Origin: Octopus sinensis
Lineage: Eukaryota
Reading direction: 5' to 3'
NCBI RefSeq assembly: GCF_006345805.1
Contig: NW_021834742.1
Span: 1-44,076, forward strand
DNA length: 44,076 nucleotides
Part shown: in pieces, positions 25,349 to 37,372 of the stretch
Position numbering within the stretch: position 1 is the first letter of the stretch
Layout: every line of letters begins with the position of its first letter
The notes under the pieces: generated by a model
What the model saw: only the letters and a program-made list of their open reading frames with translations
What the model was told of the DNA's origin: nothing
The model's database searches: none
Position numbers and translations under genes: made by a program

Positions 25349-25362
25349 TAATAATAACAATA

Positions 25363-25530
25363 ATCGGCCCTAGTGCTTGACAGGAAATTTATTTTATCGA
25401 GCCTGCTCCCCATACCGGAATGATGAAGAGTGAAGTTGACCTTGGCGTTATTTGAACTCAGAATCTAAAGGGTGTACTGGATAGCACGAGTCATTTTGTT
25501 CGACGCCCTAACTGACTCTGCCATCTGACT
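25363..25530 (-). mobile_element. Diverged family B SINE
   Basis: ttattttatcgag...gttgaccttggcgttatttgaactcagaat...gactctgcca. Confidence 0.55.
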
Positions 25531-25699
25531 CTGACATCGTTGAATGAGTCTGCTGTTGCTGCTGCTGCTGATTTTTGTGAGTGAAGGAAAACGTATTTCT
25601 GAACTAAGTCAAAGCAAATTATACACAGACACATTACACACGCGCAGAGACGCATAGAAGAAATAGTACGAAATATTTCAGTTTCTGTTTCTATACATG

Positions 25700-26002
25700 C
25701 GTGTGTGTGTATGTATGTATGTATGTATGTATGTATGTATGTATGTATGTATGTATGTATGTATGTATGTATTTATGTATGTATGTGTGTATGTATGTAT
25801 GTATGTACGTATGTATGCGTGTATGTATATATATATATATGTGTGTTTGTATATGTGTGTATTGATATATATATATATATATGTACGTATATATATATAT
25901 ATATATATGTGTGTATGTGTGTGTGTGTGTGTGTGTATGTGTGTGTTTGTGTGTGTATGTATATATATATATATATGTATGTGTGTTTGTATATGTGTGT
26001 AT

Positions 26003-26065
<63 letters not shown>

Positions 26066-26130
26066 GGTGCCCCAGCATGGCCACAGCTCATTAGCTGAAA
26101 CTGGAAAAATCAAAAAAAATCAAATCAAAA
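25700..26130. repeat. TATG/TA/GT microsatellite mosaic ending in a family A SINE tail fragment (26062-26130)
   Basis: ggcggtgccccagcatggccacagctcattagctgaaac follows the (TA)n run. Confidence 0.75.
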
Positions 26131-26132
26131 TC

Positions 26133-26168
<36 letters not shown>

Positions 26169-26859
26169 CTGTGTGTGTGTGAGTGTGTGTGTGTGTGTGT
26201 GTGTGTTTGTGTGTGTATCATACATATAGAAATATAAATATATAGATACATACAAACACCCAGAATTGGCCACACACACAAACGCATACAGACACACAGA
26301 AACTCAGACGCATACAGACACACAGAGACACACACACATGCACGCGCTTTCACACACACACACACATACACACACGCGCGCCACACACACATACACAAAA
26401 GAACATACAGACATGTACAACAGTTCGTGAATCAGGTAAAACTTGGTTTTTATTTGTTTCATGTATTCAATTGCCTTCCGTGCGCGCGCGTTGCTTGTGT
26501 GTATGTGTGTGTGTGTGTGTCTCTGCATGCGCGTCAATATGTGGGTACGAGTGTGTGTACGCGTGAAATACTGGGTAAGGGAATGGTAACTCGATTTTGA
26601 AAGCAATCCTTATTTTCTCATTCTCTTTCGTTGCCCCTTTTATTTTGTTCGTTTAATCCTTTACATGTCTTTTTTTCAACCCCTTCACTCTCAGTCAGTC
26701 CTCAACAGCAACAATGAACCCAAACCGCGCTCGAACGACCCCACCTAGACACACATACATGGATGCATCTACGCATTCTCTCACAGATACTGGAAGAGAC
26801 CCTGAGATATATATATATACATGCTGACATTTACATATGCTGCCATACATATACACGTT

Positions 26860-26891
<32 letters not shown>

Positions 26892-26916
26892 TGTATGTAT
26901 GTATGTATGTATGTAT

Positions 26917-27330
26917 GTATATATGCATGTATGTATATATCTATTTATATATGTGTGTATATTTATGCATGTACACACACTTACACACACACACTCATAT
27001 ATATACACATTTATATACACATTTATACACATTTATACACATTTATATACACATTTATACACATTTATATACACATTTATACACATTTATATACACATTT
27101 ATACACATTTATATACACATTTATACACATTTATACACATTTATATACACATTTATACACATTTATACACATTTATATACACATTTATACACATTTATAC
27201 ACATTTATATACACATTTATACACATTTATATGTGTGTATGTAATTATGTATATATGCATGTATGTATATATCTATTTATATATGTGTGTGTGTATTTAT
27301 GCATGTACACACACTTACACACACACACAC
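26917..27330. repeat. 10/12-bp minisatellite flanked by ~80-bp direct repeats
   Basis: (AT)0-1 ACACATTTAT units at 27001-27230; flanks atatgcatgtatgtatatatctattta...cacttacacac at 26921 and 27253 (period 332). Confidence 0.85.
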
Positions 27331-27678
27331 ACACACACATATATGTGTGTTTGTGTGTGTGTGTATGTATATCATATATATGTTTGAAACTGTACAAAAA
27401 GAAGAGACAGGTGAAAGAACAATATACATATACATACATATATATACACACATACATACATTCATACATTTACTAAGACATATACGAGGACACACACAGA
27501 CACACAACAATATACACGCACAACACGTACACACGCAAACACATACATACGCGCGCGCACACACACACACACACGCACACACATTTAACCCCAAACTCAA
27601 AAGTCTTGCTTACCTGAAGTATCAACTGTATGCGGTTGAGTGTGTGTGCATATGCACTTTTGTGTGTATGTAGGGATT

Positions 27679-27724
<46 letters not shown>

Positions 27725-27843
27725 ATATATATATATATATATATATATAGATATGCGTATAAGTATGTATAAAAACATACATATATGTATGTTTATATTT
27801 GTAAATATATATATTCTGTAGTATGTAAGAATGTATAGCTATA

Positions 27844-27902
<59 letters not shown>

Positions 27903-28377
27903 CATACAGAGAGAGAAAGAGAGTGTGGAGAGAGAGAGGAGGAGAGAAAGTAAGAGAGAGACACTCACACACATACGTATATATACTTATGCACAAGCAT
28001 GCAGGCACAGACACAAATACACACATATATAGATATATATATATACGAATTCAGATGGACACTCTGTTCCCCATATATACGACCACTAACATATAAACAC
28101 TCACACATAAGCACAACCATTCACATTCTCACACATAAACACATACGTACGCACACACGCACACTCACACAAACAAACACCCACACATGCATACAGCGAG
28201 CCATACACCATCCACCACACAAACGTACGTTGTATTTAGCATAAGGTCATTAGACGCAACAGATTGTAAACTAAAGACACCGCCATATTTCAACCATCCA
28301 TCATACTTAAAGAGAGAATAATGACGCCATGTTAGTTAGCGGAAACTAAACCTTTTCGCTTGCTACACTATATATTT

Positions 28378-28715
28378 TTCTGTATTGTATTATACTATAT
28401 CATAGTATAATATGCAATATTGTATTATTCTGTGTAATACAGTGTTGTATTGTGTTGCATTACGCTTAAATCTATTGCACTGTAGTGCACCGTATCATAT
28501 TGTACAGTGTACTGCTTTACCGTGTCATATTTATTGTGAATACTGTATTTCTGTTGTACTATATTGTAACATTATGCTGCTCTCTATTATACTGCTCTGT
28601 GTGTGTTGCATTGTATTGTTCTGTACTGTAATACTGTGTACTGTATCTACATTGTATTGTGCTCTTGTGTACTCTATTGTATTATGTTCAGAACTGTACT
28701 TTATTGTATGGTATT
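28378..28715. repeat. Decayed (TATTG)n-like pentanucleotide repeat
   Basis: Recurrent tattg/tactg/tgttg. Confidence 0.7.
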
Positions 28716-29606
28716 GAAGTGCAGCGTGGCTTTTGCCAAGTATCGAACCATCTCCCTTAAATACGCTATATTGCCATAAAAGTAAAGGCTAGTTGCGAGA
28801 AATTAAATGTGTTTACTATAAAAAAACATTAACGCTTACATGATCCTTCTTCTACCAATTAGATCGGTTGGTGTGAGTAATCCATTCAGTTCCGTCGAAG
28901 GTTCTAGAAGTTTTGACTGAATGTCTTAAAAACTTGAGATACTGAATTCCCAACGAGAACAACCTCAGCTACTACACAAAACCCTTTCGATCGATTTCGT
29001 AATAAGGAATTCTGATTTTTTCAACTTTCTGTGTTTTGTTTTTTAAGAACCATGAGCGATTTTTTATATAAATATGTAAAATATTTTATGCAATGAAACC
29101 TTTTACCACCACATTCACTGCATCTTGTATACTGTTTAATTTTTATTCAAATAATTGTTGTACACATGTAAGCGAAAACGTTCCGAATAATAAAAGGTAT
29201 GGAAACTTATACACACACACACACACACACAATATATATACATATCTATATATGTTAATGGGGTAATTTTCACTTTCGCACGCAGTCTAATTTTGAAGAA
29301 ATTAATGAACAAATCCACTAAAACATTTTACAATATTGTTTTTGTATAACATTGTACAGTATTGTACGGTCACCACATTGTAAACTATACTATAGAATTG
29401 TACACTTTAGTATTGTTTTGCACAGTAACTTATTCCTCTCTACAACATTGTTATGAATAATAGAGTATTGTCCTATCGTATTTTCCGGCATAGAAATCGA
29501 CGTAGTATATGGCATAAACATGTAGTGTAAACGTTCAGATAGTGTCTCTATATTTCCAAATCCTGCTACATTCTACATGGAGTTTTTGGTGCTGTTTTGG
29601 TTTATA

Positions 29607-29608
29607 AG

Positions 29609-29700
<92 letters not shown>
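29607..29700. repeat. (TCTA)n microsatellite
   Basis: Pure run. Confidence 0.95.
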
Positions 29701-29701
<1 letters not shown>

Positions 29702-30332
29702 TGTCTGGCTGTCTGTCTGTCAGTCTTATTCATTTATGTGTTCATTTATTTCTCTACCCGTTCCTATTCGGGAGGAGTTGAAAGGTCAGTGATGAAAGGC
29801 AGAACAAGCGAGAACATGGCTGTTCTCTTGACTCCAGGACAGACATTAAATAGAAGCAGGTCGTGACGGGTGAATCTTTATTTCGAAATATGATTGGATG
29901 ATAATTATTGAGGAATCGGAAAGTTGCCTGCTGCCAGATCTATCGGAGCCAAATAGCAATAATATTTTGATATACATATATGTGTATGTGTGTGTGTGTG
30001 TGAGTATGTGTGTGTATGTGTGTGTGAGTATGTGTGTGTGTATGTGTGTGTATGTATGTGTGTGTGTGTGTGTAGGGATATAGATATATGTGCGCAAGCA
30101 CGAATGCTCATATGCGCCTATACAAGAGTGTATGAGTATACATACATGCATACATACATACATACATACATACATAAATACATACATACATATATACATA
30201 CATACATACATACATACATACATACGTACATACATACATACATACGTACATACATACGTGTGTGGTTGTGGGTGTATGTACATTTATATAATTATACATA
30301 TTTTACATATATATGAATGTATATGTATGTAT

Positions 30333-30404
<72 letters not shown>

Positions 30405-30539
30405 ATTATATATATAATATGTATTAAATATATATATATATATAAAACTGCGGACAAATGGTCACGTGAAAATCTGAGTTACAGTTTATAAAGACTTTTT
30501 TTAGCTTTAATAAATATTACGTAAGTATGTATATGTCTG

Positions 30540-30611
<72 letters not shown>

Positions 30612-30624
30612 GTATGTATACAGT

Positions 30625-30781
30625 GTGTATCTGTGTTTGTCCCCACCAACATCGCATAAGTGACCGATAGAATAAATACTAGGCTTACAAAGAATAACTC
30701 CTGGGGTCGATTTGATTCGACTAAAGGTGGTGCTCCAATATGGCCACAGTCAAATGACTGAAACAAGTAAAAGAATAAAAG
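30625..30781 (+). mobile_element. Family A SINE 3' half with an internal deletion
   Basis: gtgtttgtcccc...gaccgatagaataaatactaggcttac...caaatgactgaaacaagtaaaag. Confidence 0.85.
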
Positions 30782-30900
30782 TATATATGTATTTCTTGTT
30801 TTATTTGACCTTTCCCTCTGCATTTCGTTGCTGGAGAACTGCGTTCTTATGTGTTCCATCGTGGTAGCAGTGATGTATTTCATTCTAATTTTTTTTTTGC

Positions 30901-31303
30901 TTGTTTCAGTCATTTGACTGCGGCCATGCTGGAGCACTGCCTTTAGTCGAGCAAATCGACCACGGGACTTATTCTTTGTAAGCCCAGTACTTATTCTATC
31001 GGCCTCTTTTGCCGAACCGCTAAGTGACGGGGACGTAAACACACCAGCATCGGTTGTCAAGCAATGCTAGGGGGACAAACACAGACACACAGACACATAC
31101 ACACACACACACACACATATGTATATATATACATATATACGACAGGCTTCTTTCAGTTTCTGTCTACGAAATCTACTCACAAGGCATTGGTCGACCCGGG
31201 GCTATAGCAGAAGACACTTGCCCAAGATGTCACGCAGTGGGACTGAACCCGGAAGCATGTGGTTGGTTAGCAAGCTACTTACCACACAACCACTTCTGCG
31301 CCT
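30901..31303 (-). mobile_element. Family A SINE, full length
   Basis: Complete head-to-tail match to the 21081-21495 and 37826-39982 copies. Confidence 0.92.
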
Positions 31304-31407
31304 AATGCATATATTTTTTAAATATCTATTTGTTATGTAACCACTAAGAAGCACGTCATGGTTTTTTTTATTTACATCCTTATGGACATTAAAAATGTAA
31401 TAAATAT

Positions 31408-31649
31408 AATAATAATGTTCCTTCTCGGGCCATGCCAGGCTCATAAGGGCCGGTTTCCCGGTTTCAGTGGTGTAGACATTCCCCATCTGGATGGGACGCC
31501 GGTCCGTCTCAGGATTACTCATTTTTGCCAGCTGGATGGACTGGAACAGTGCTTTGCTCAAGAACACAACGCATCACCCGGTCCAGGAATCGAAACCACG
31601 ACCTTACGATCATGACTTCAACACCCTAACCACTAAGCCACACGCCTCC
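31408..31649 (-). mobile_element. tRNA-headed SINE with V-domain-like body (family D)
   Basis: Minus strand ggaggcgtgtggcttagtggttagg (A box), ggtttcgattcc (B box), gacggaccggcgtcccatccag (V-SINE-like), AT-rich tail. Confidence 0.75.
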
Positions 31650-31683
31650 GCGTATAATGTAATATATATATAATATAATAAAT

Positions 31684-32015
31684 GGAGCGAGTTGGCAGAA
31701 TCGTTTGCACGCTGGGCAAAATACTTAGCGGATTTCGTCCGTCTTTACGATCTGCGTTCAAATTCCGCCGAGGTCGACTTCGCTTTTCATCGTTTCGGGG
31801 TCGATAAAATAAGTATCAGTTGAGTACTGGGGTTGATGTACTCGATTAGCCCCTTCCTCCGAAATTACTGGCCTTGTGCCAAAATTTGAAACCATTATTA
31901 TTCTGCCGCGATTGACTTTACCTTTCATCCTTTGGGTGTCAATAAAATAAGTACTCTCGACTTCCTCACTCCCCTGAACTTGGTGACCCTGAGCCAAAAT
32001 TTCAAGCCAATATAA
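31684..32015 (+). mobile_element. Family B SINE, tail type 2 (31684-31902), plus a truncated second copy (31903-32015)
   Basis: ggagcgagttggcagaatcg head; tail ccgaaattactggccttgtgccaaaatttgaaacc. Confidence 0.85.
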
Positions 32016-32739
32016 TATAATATGATATAATATAATATAATATAATATAATATAATATAATATATTATAATGCGCATACGCATGCGTATACACATGTATA
32101 CATAGATGCATGAATATATATACATACATGTATTTATCTATTTATATGTATGTATATCTTTATGCATATATGTATACATATACAAACACTCATGCACGCA
32201 CATACACATAAGTGTTTGCGTGCGCGCCTGTGTGTGCAAGTGCGTGTGTATACGTGAGGGAGAGAGAGTGAGAGAGAGAGAGAGGGGGTGAACGAGGCAG
32301 AAAGAGAGCGGAGGAGAGAGAGGGGGAGAGACAGAAATTACTTGGTACCAAATATTTCGCAGGTTCGCACTCACTTAGCCTTCTGCCATTGTTATTGTTG
32401 TAGTTATTGTCGGTATTGTTGCTTACGTCTTTGTTGTTGTTGTTGTTGTTGTTGCAGTTATGTACCTAAAGGCCTTATCCTTCTCAAGCATTTCTCCTGT
32501 GACATTTAACTTATTAGCAAGCTTCTTATGAATGCGGTCTATGAAGCTATAGACGTCACTATCAATCCATATCAGTCGTTCTTCTCTGGTTAGAGACCAC
32601 CATTAGCCGATCTGTAAAAGCCTTATAAAGACATTAACTACGATTACGTACTTCTTGTCAATTGATACTGCTTACTGGTAACAGATAGCACCGGCTCCCT
32701 TCATCCTTTCTTCTTCTTATTGTTATTACCATCATTATT

Positions 32740-32750
32740 AGTGCTGTTGC

Positions 32751-32827
<77 letters not shown>

Positions 32828-32868
32828 TTATTATTATTATTATTTTATTATTATTACTGTTGTTGTTG

Positions 32869-32921
<53 letters not shown>

Positions 32922-32925
32922 GGTG
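32740..32925. repeat. (TAT)n/(TGT)n microsatellite
   Basis: Pure runs. Confidence 0.95.
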
Positions 32926-33007
32926 TTGTTATTTTTGCCGATACAGCAACAATCTGTGTACGCTAAGAAGCTTCTTCTTTACTTTTGAAATCTATCTATC
33001 ATCTATA

Positions 33008-33058
<51 letters not shown>

Positions 33059-33136
33059 ATCTATTCTTCTATCTTCTATCTACCTACCTACCTACCTACC
33101 TACCTACATATCTATTTATTTTCTTTTTTCTTTCTT

Positions 33137-33357
<221 letters not shown>

Positions 33358-33920
33358 AAACCTACCTACCTACCTACCTACCTACAAACATAGAGGCTCA
33401 CGTATATATGCTTATCTCTATCTATATGTTTATGTATAAGCGAAACTGCTCTCCTTCCTCATATATCTACGCCTATGTGTGAGTGCGGGCGCGGTGTCTG
33501 TGCGTGAGCGCGTGCGTATATGTGTGTATTCTATGCGTGTGCATGAGTGTGATTTACTTCAAGTGGTCTCGTAGTGTTGGTGTTCCGCTTACGAATTTCA
33601 AGATCGTCTATTCGCTTCCTGAACCGGCCGCGCGTTATGTTCTTGAGAAAGTAAATTCATTTCTCCCTGTTTCAGTTCACTCCGCTCAAAATGAATACCA
33701 GCTTGGTGCTGGTATGATTTCATTTCCCCCGATGTCACTTTGTCGGTGATCGGACGGGTCAAGAGTCAAATGGACATGACTATCATTTTGACTGCTTGTA
33801 ACAACATAGGCATCTAAAGTAATTAGAGAATGCATGGTACATTATTGAATCACACTCGCTTTTTCACACACACACACACACACACATACACACACAGCTA
33901 TGTGTACACATATACATACA

Positions 33921-34253
33921 CATGATGGCTGGCCCCTCGTTATCGAGTATGGCCATTGCACGAAGCTTAACTGTTACTGGTGCTGTGATCGAATGTGACT
34001 GTTTAGCCCAGCTAAAGATCTACAATTTCTTGTACAAAATTGGCAACTAAGACCTTTACTGGTAATAGCCGGCTGTAGTTGTAACTGGGCTTCATGTACC
34101 TTTGCATGTCGTTTAAGTCCTCCTGCCGAATTACACTCTCTTCCACATGCCCGACAGATATGATTAGTATGGTGTGTTACACCACCATCAGTGGCCAGGT
34201 TGTCACTCATCTGTCTCGCTTTATGACTACGAAGATGACTCTTGAGTCCAGCT
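33921..34253 (-). mobile_element. RTE-clade LINE 3' end with tandem C2H2 zinc fingers
   Basis: AGLKSHLRSH / HICRACGRECNSAGGLKRHAKVH / LSCQFCTRNCRSLAGLNSHIRSQHQ*, then a 53-nt UTR and a GTAT-type flank; the 5' end is truncated at a microsatellite. Confidence 0.7.
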
Positions 34254-34274
34254 ACATACATATATACATACATA

Positions 34275-34620
34275 CATGGTTTTCGGGTTAAACTTGACAG
34301 ATTTTTATGTCTCTTTATTTCAGGAACTGCTTCATGTAATGGTGATCAGTCAACAGCATTGGAGAGAATAAAGATTAAACATGTAGTTGAGAAAAAAGTT
34401 AGTGAATGACTCGAAACCATCTGAATATCGGAAAACAGCTACATGTATCAAAATGATTCGCTTTGAGTGCCAAAATTCCGAAATCGTGACTGCTATTCAA
34501 TGCTCTGTGAATACCGTGCAAAACGTGACAAGGACAGCTTCAGCGGAAACTACGAAGCCGTGAACAACAGGAAGGGAAATAGGAGGGGCTCTGATTGCGT
34601 TCACATGCAGAAATTGATCC
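34275..34620 (+). mobile_element. Tc1/mariner-superfamily (maT/DD37D-like) 5' relic
   Basis: TA then catggttttcgggttaaac; frames KPSEYRKTATCIKMIRFECQNSEIVTAIQCSVNTV and GNYEAVNNRKGNRRGSDCVH resemble the N-terminal HTH region ending RKxxxRRSDxxR. Confidence 0.5.
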
Positions 34621-35067
34621 CCACATCTTTGAACAGGGCTCAATTTAGATGGTTATGTGGAAGATGATGGACTATAGTCAACCCTTGGTTGGAAAGGGTT
34701 GCTACTGGAAGATCACATGTGAGACATCAGGATTCTCTTCCTTGCCATACCTCAGGAAAGAGTTAGACGTAATTGTTGCAGAGTTTCTACGACATCCCCA
34801 GCATCGATTTCTAGCTTCTTAATCGCCCACTTATACTATTCACTCCTTCCTTCTTTACATTTCATTTGATATTTCAACTCCTGTTACTTTATTCTTTTGA
34901 ATCAGAGTGTTTTTCATTTTATGCTTGTCTTTACTCTCTATACATGTGTGTTTTTGTATATGCAATACATACATACAAACATACATACAAACATACATAC
35001 ATACATACATACATACATACATACATACATACATGCATACATACATACATACATACATATATATATA

Positions 35068-35265
35068 TTTTTTTCTTTTATTATAAAGGGAAAGTTTACG
35101 AAAATAAACAAAAGACGAAGGTAGGTGGAGTACAAACAAACAAATATATTAGTATAGCGTTCAGGAATAGAAAAAGTCTTTTACGTTTCGAGCCTACGCT
35201 CTTCGACAGAATGATACACAAAAAAAAAACAAGGAGAGAAACAAGGAGAGAAAAAAATGCGTGTA
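35068..35265 (-). mobile_element. Penelope-type terminal repeat fragment, copy 1
   Basis: Homologous to 43752-43916; contains gaagagcgtaggctcgaaacgt; ends at (TA)n. Confidence 0.65.
35178..35212 (-). ncRNA. Minimal type I hammerhead-like motif, variant core
   Basis: tt CTGTCGA A GAGC-gtag-GCTC GAAA C GTA aaag; stem I is weak in this copy. Confidence 0.45.
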
Positions 35266-35676
35266 GTACACAGATACATGTATGTATGTATGTATGTATG
35301 TATGTATGTATGTATGTATGTATGTATGTATGTATGTATGTATGTATGTGTGCGTTTGTGCGCATGAGTACGTGTTTCTATTGTTGTCTCTATGTGCGTG
35401 TGTGAGAGTCTGTTTATGTGTCTATAACTGTAATTGCGCCAATATGTCTGACGATCTATTTGAAGACAAAAGACAAGAGTGAGACGTTGTCGCTTGCTGC
35501 ATCAAAATATCAAACACAAACACAGTCACAGTACATCGATACACAAATGATTTATCAGTTCATATCTACATATATAAGATTCAGTCAGCACACACACACA
35601 CTCCCACACACACACGCACACACCTATGCAGACACATATAATATACATATATATACATATATACATATATACATAC

Positions 35677-35752
<76 letters not shown>

Positions 35753-35914
35753 CATACGCACACACACCAAGCACTCACACACACGCGGACGTCAACACAT
35801 ACTTACACATGCGGGGGGTACACACACACACACACACACGCACACACACAGTTGGGGAGAAACAGGGGTGGATCAGCACTTGACTGATCCTCATTTTCAG
35901 TTGAGTTAGTTGAA

Positions 35915-36026
35915 GTAACATGAAATCATGTGCCTTATTCGAAACTTGTCTTTCGATCCAAGAATGGAAATCGAGTCTTCTTGATCATGAGGTCAACGCT
36001 CTAACCACTAGACCATGCGCCTTCAC
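35915..36026 (-). mobile_element. Degraded family D SINE head
   Basis: ctctaaccactagaccatgcgccttc is the reverse complement of an A-box head. Confidence 0.5.
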
Positions 36027-36500
36027 CCGCCCCCCCCCACAAGTTTATATATGTCCATGCAAATATTCTTCCAAAGATGATGGGTGCAAACTCGCGTTCG
36101 AGTATTGCCATCGCCTGATCGAAAGTCTCACACATGCGAAGGCTACGATCAGCCATTTTTGAGACGGGCCTTACTTTTTTTCAAGCGATGCCTGTGTGCA
36201 AGAGGATTTTTTTATAGTGGGGGAAAGGATTTGTACAAATCCAACCCCACTCTCTGAACATGGACAATATAAATTCGTAAAGAACTAATCGACATCATCG
36301 AATATTGTCAGTGTCGCAGGTTTTCTCTCAGAGTTTCTCTCTCCTAGAGAGATGCTGTGACAACAACAGAGAGGTCTCCCACTCTCAATGGGCCAACCGC
36401 GCGCATCGACGCTAACCCAGGTATTTCCACGTTCCCGAGTCTCGCTTGCATGCATGCATGCATACATACATACATACATACATACATACATACATACATA

Positions 36501-37057
36501 CATGGTGGCTGGCCCCCTCGTTATCGAGTATGGCCATTGCACGAAGCTTGATCAATGTTGTTATCGTGCAATACCTGTGCAAGAAGATATTTTTTAAAGT
36601 GAGGAAAGGCTGTGCACTGAGTCAATCCCACTCACTAAGCAACAGCAGTCATAATCCGAAAAGAAGAACAAGTCAACGTCATCGGTAACCACTGAGCCGC
36701 AGGTTTTATGTCGGAGTTATCCCAGTTTCCTGAGTTACCTTCTCCTAGAAGGATGCCCTAACAAAGGCTAGGAGTCCTTTACTCCCAATGGTTTAACCGC
36801 ACGATCGGGTATTCAGTCCGATTATTTCTATGTCCCCGCGCATGATACAGCCTTAAGACATTTATTGGATGGCCGTTGACTCTCAAGAGTTCCTCCGCCC
36901 TTTGACGGGTTTTGTTTTTCATCCCGCAGGGTGTCCAATAAACACCCTCCTCACCAAGCAGACTTGGTGGGGTTGCCGGTTTAGTCGCCGACGACCCGAC
37001 CATGCAACAGGTTGTACTGGGTTACATGTTACCGGCAGCACTCGAAAGTGACCTGAC
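36501..37057 (-). mobile_element. Bipartite non-autonomous RTE derivative (5' UTR joined to 3' UTR, no ORF)
   Basis: 5' part has RTE-type UTR motifs (gactaa, ttctaggagaaggtaactc); the last 49 nt match the 3' UTR at 33921-33968; (CATA)n on both sides. Confidence 0.7.
36974..37057 (-). ncRNA. Candidate HDV-like ribozyme
   Basis: P1 gtcaggt/acctgtt with a G.U first pair, J1/2 hairpin cact-ttcg-agtg, P2 tgccggt/accggca, P3 tgta/taca, J4/2 C-TAA; several non-canonical features. Confidence 0.45.
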
Positions 37058-37300
37058 ATAACATACATGCAGGCATACATACATACATACATACATACAT
37101 ACATACATACACACACACACATGCATACATACATACATACATACAAATATACATACACACGTACTTATATATATGTATCTCTATATGTGTGGTGTGTTTA
37201 TGTTTGTGTGTGTTTGTGAACATGAGTGTTTAGTCATTAACGCGATATAAATAATATCTTATAGATAGTTTCACACGAATATTGACACTGACTATAAACA

Positions 37301-37372
<72 letters not shown>

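Noticed and set aside
28281-28333. Two YY1-like CGCCATnTT motifs as a promoter
   Set aside because: Short motifs with no CpG-rich context or adjacent exon; another instance lies inside a Helitron (42725).
30505-30526. AG-16 nt-GTAAGT as a microexon
   Set aside because: Not frame-preserving, and the GTAAGT merges into the following TATG microsatellite.
33974-34273. C2H2 ORF as a host zinc-finger gene exon
   Set aside because: There are no TGEKP-type linkers or splice signals, it starts inside a microsatellite, and its 3' UTR is shared with another retroposed copy at 36501.
36688-36702. ggctcagtggtta (minus strand) as a tRNA A box
   Set aside because: No B box at a suitable distance, and it lies inside the RTE-type 5' UTR.
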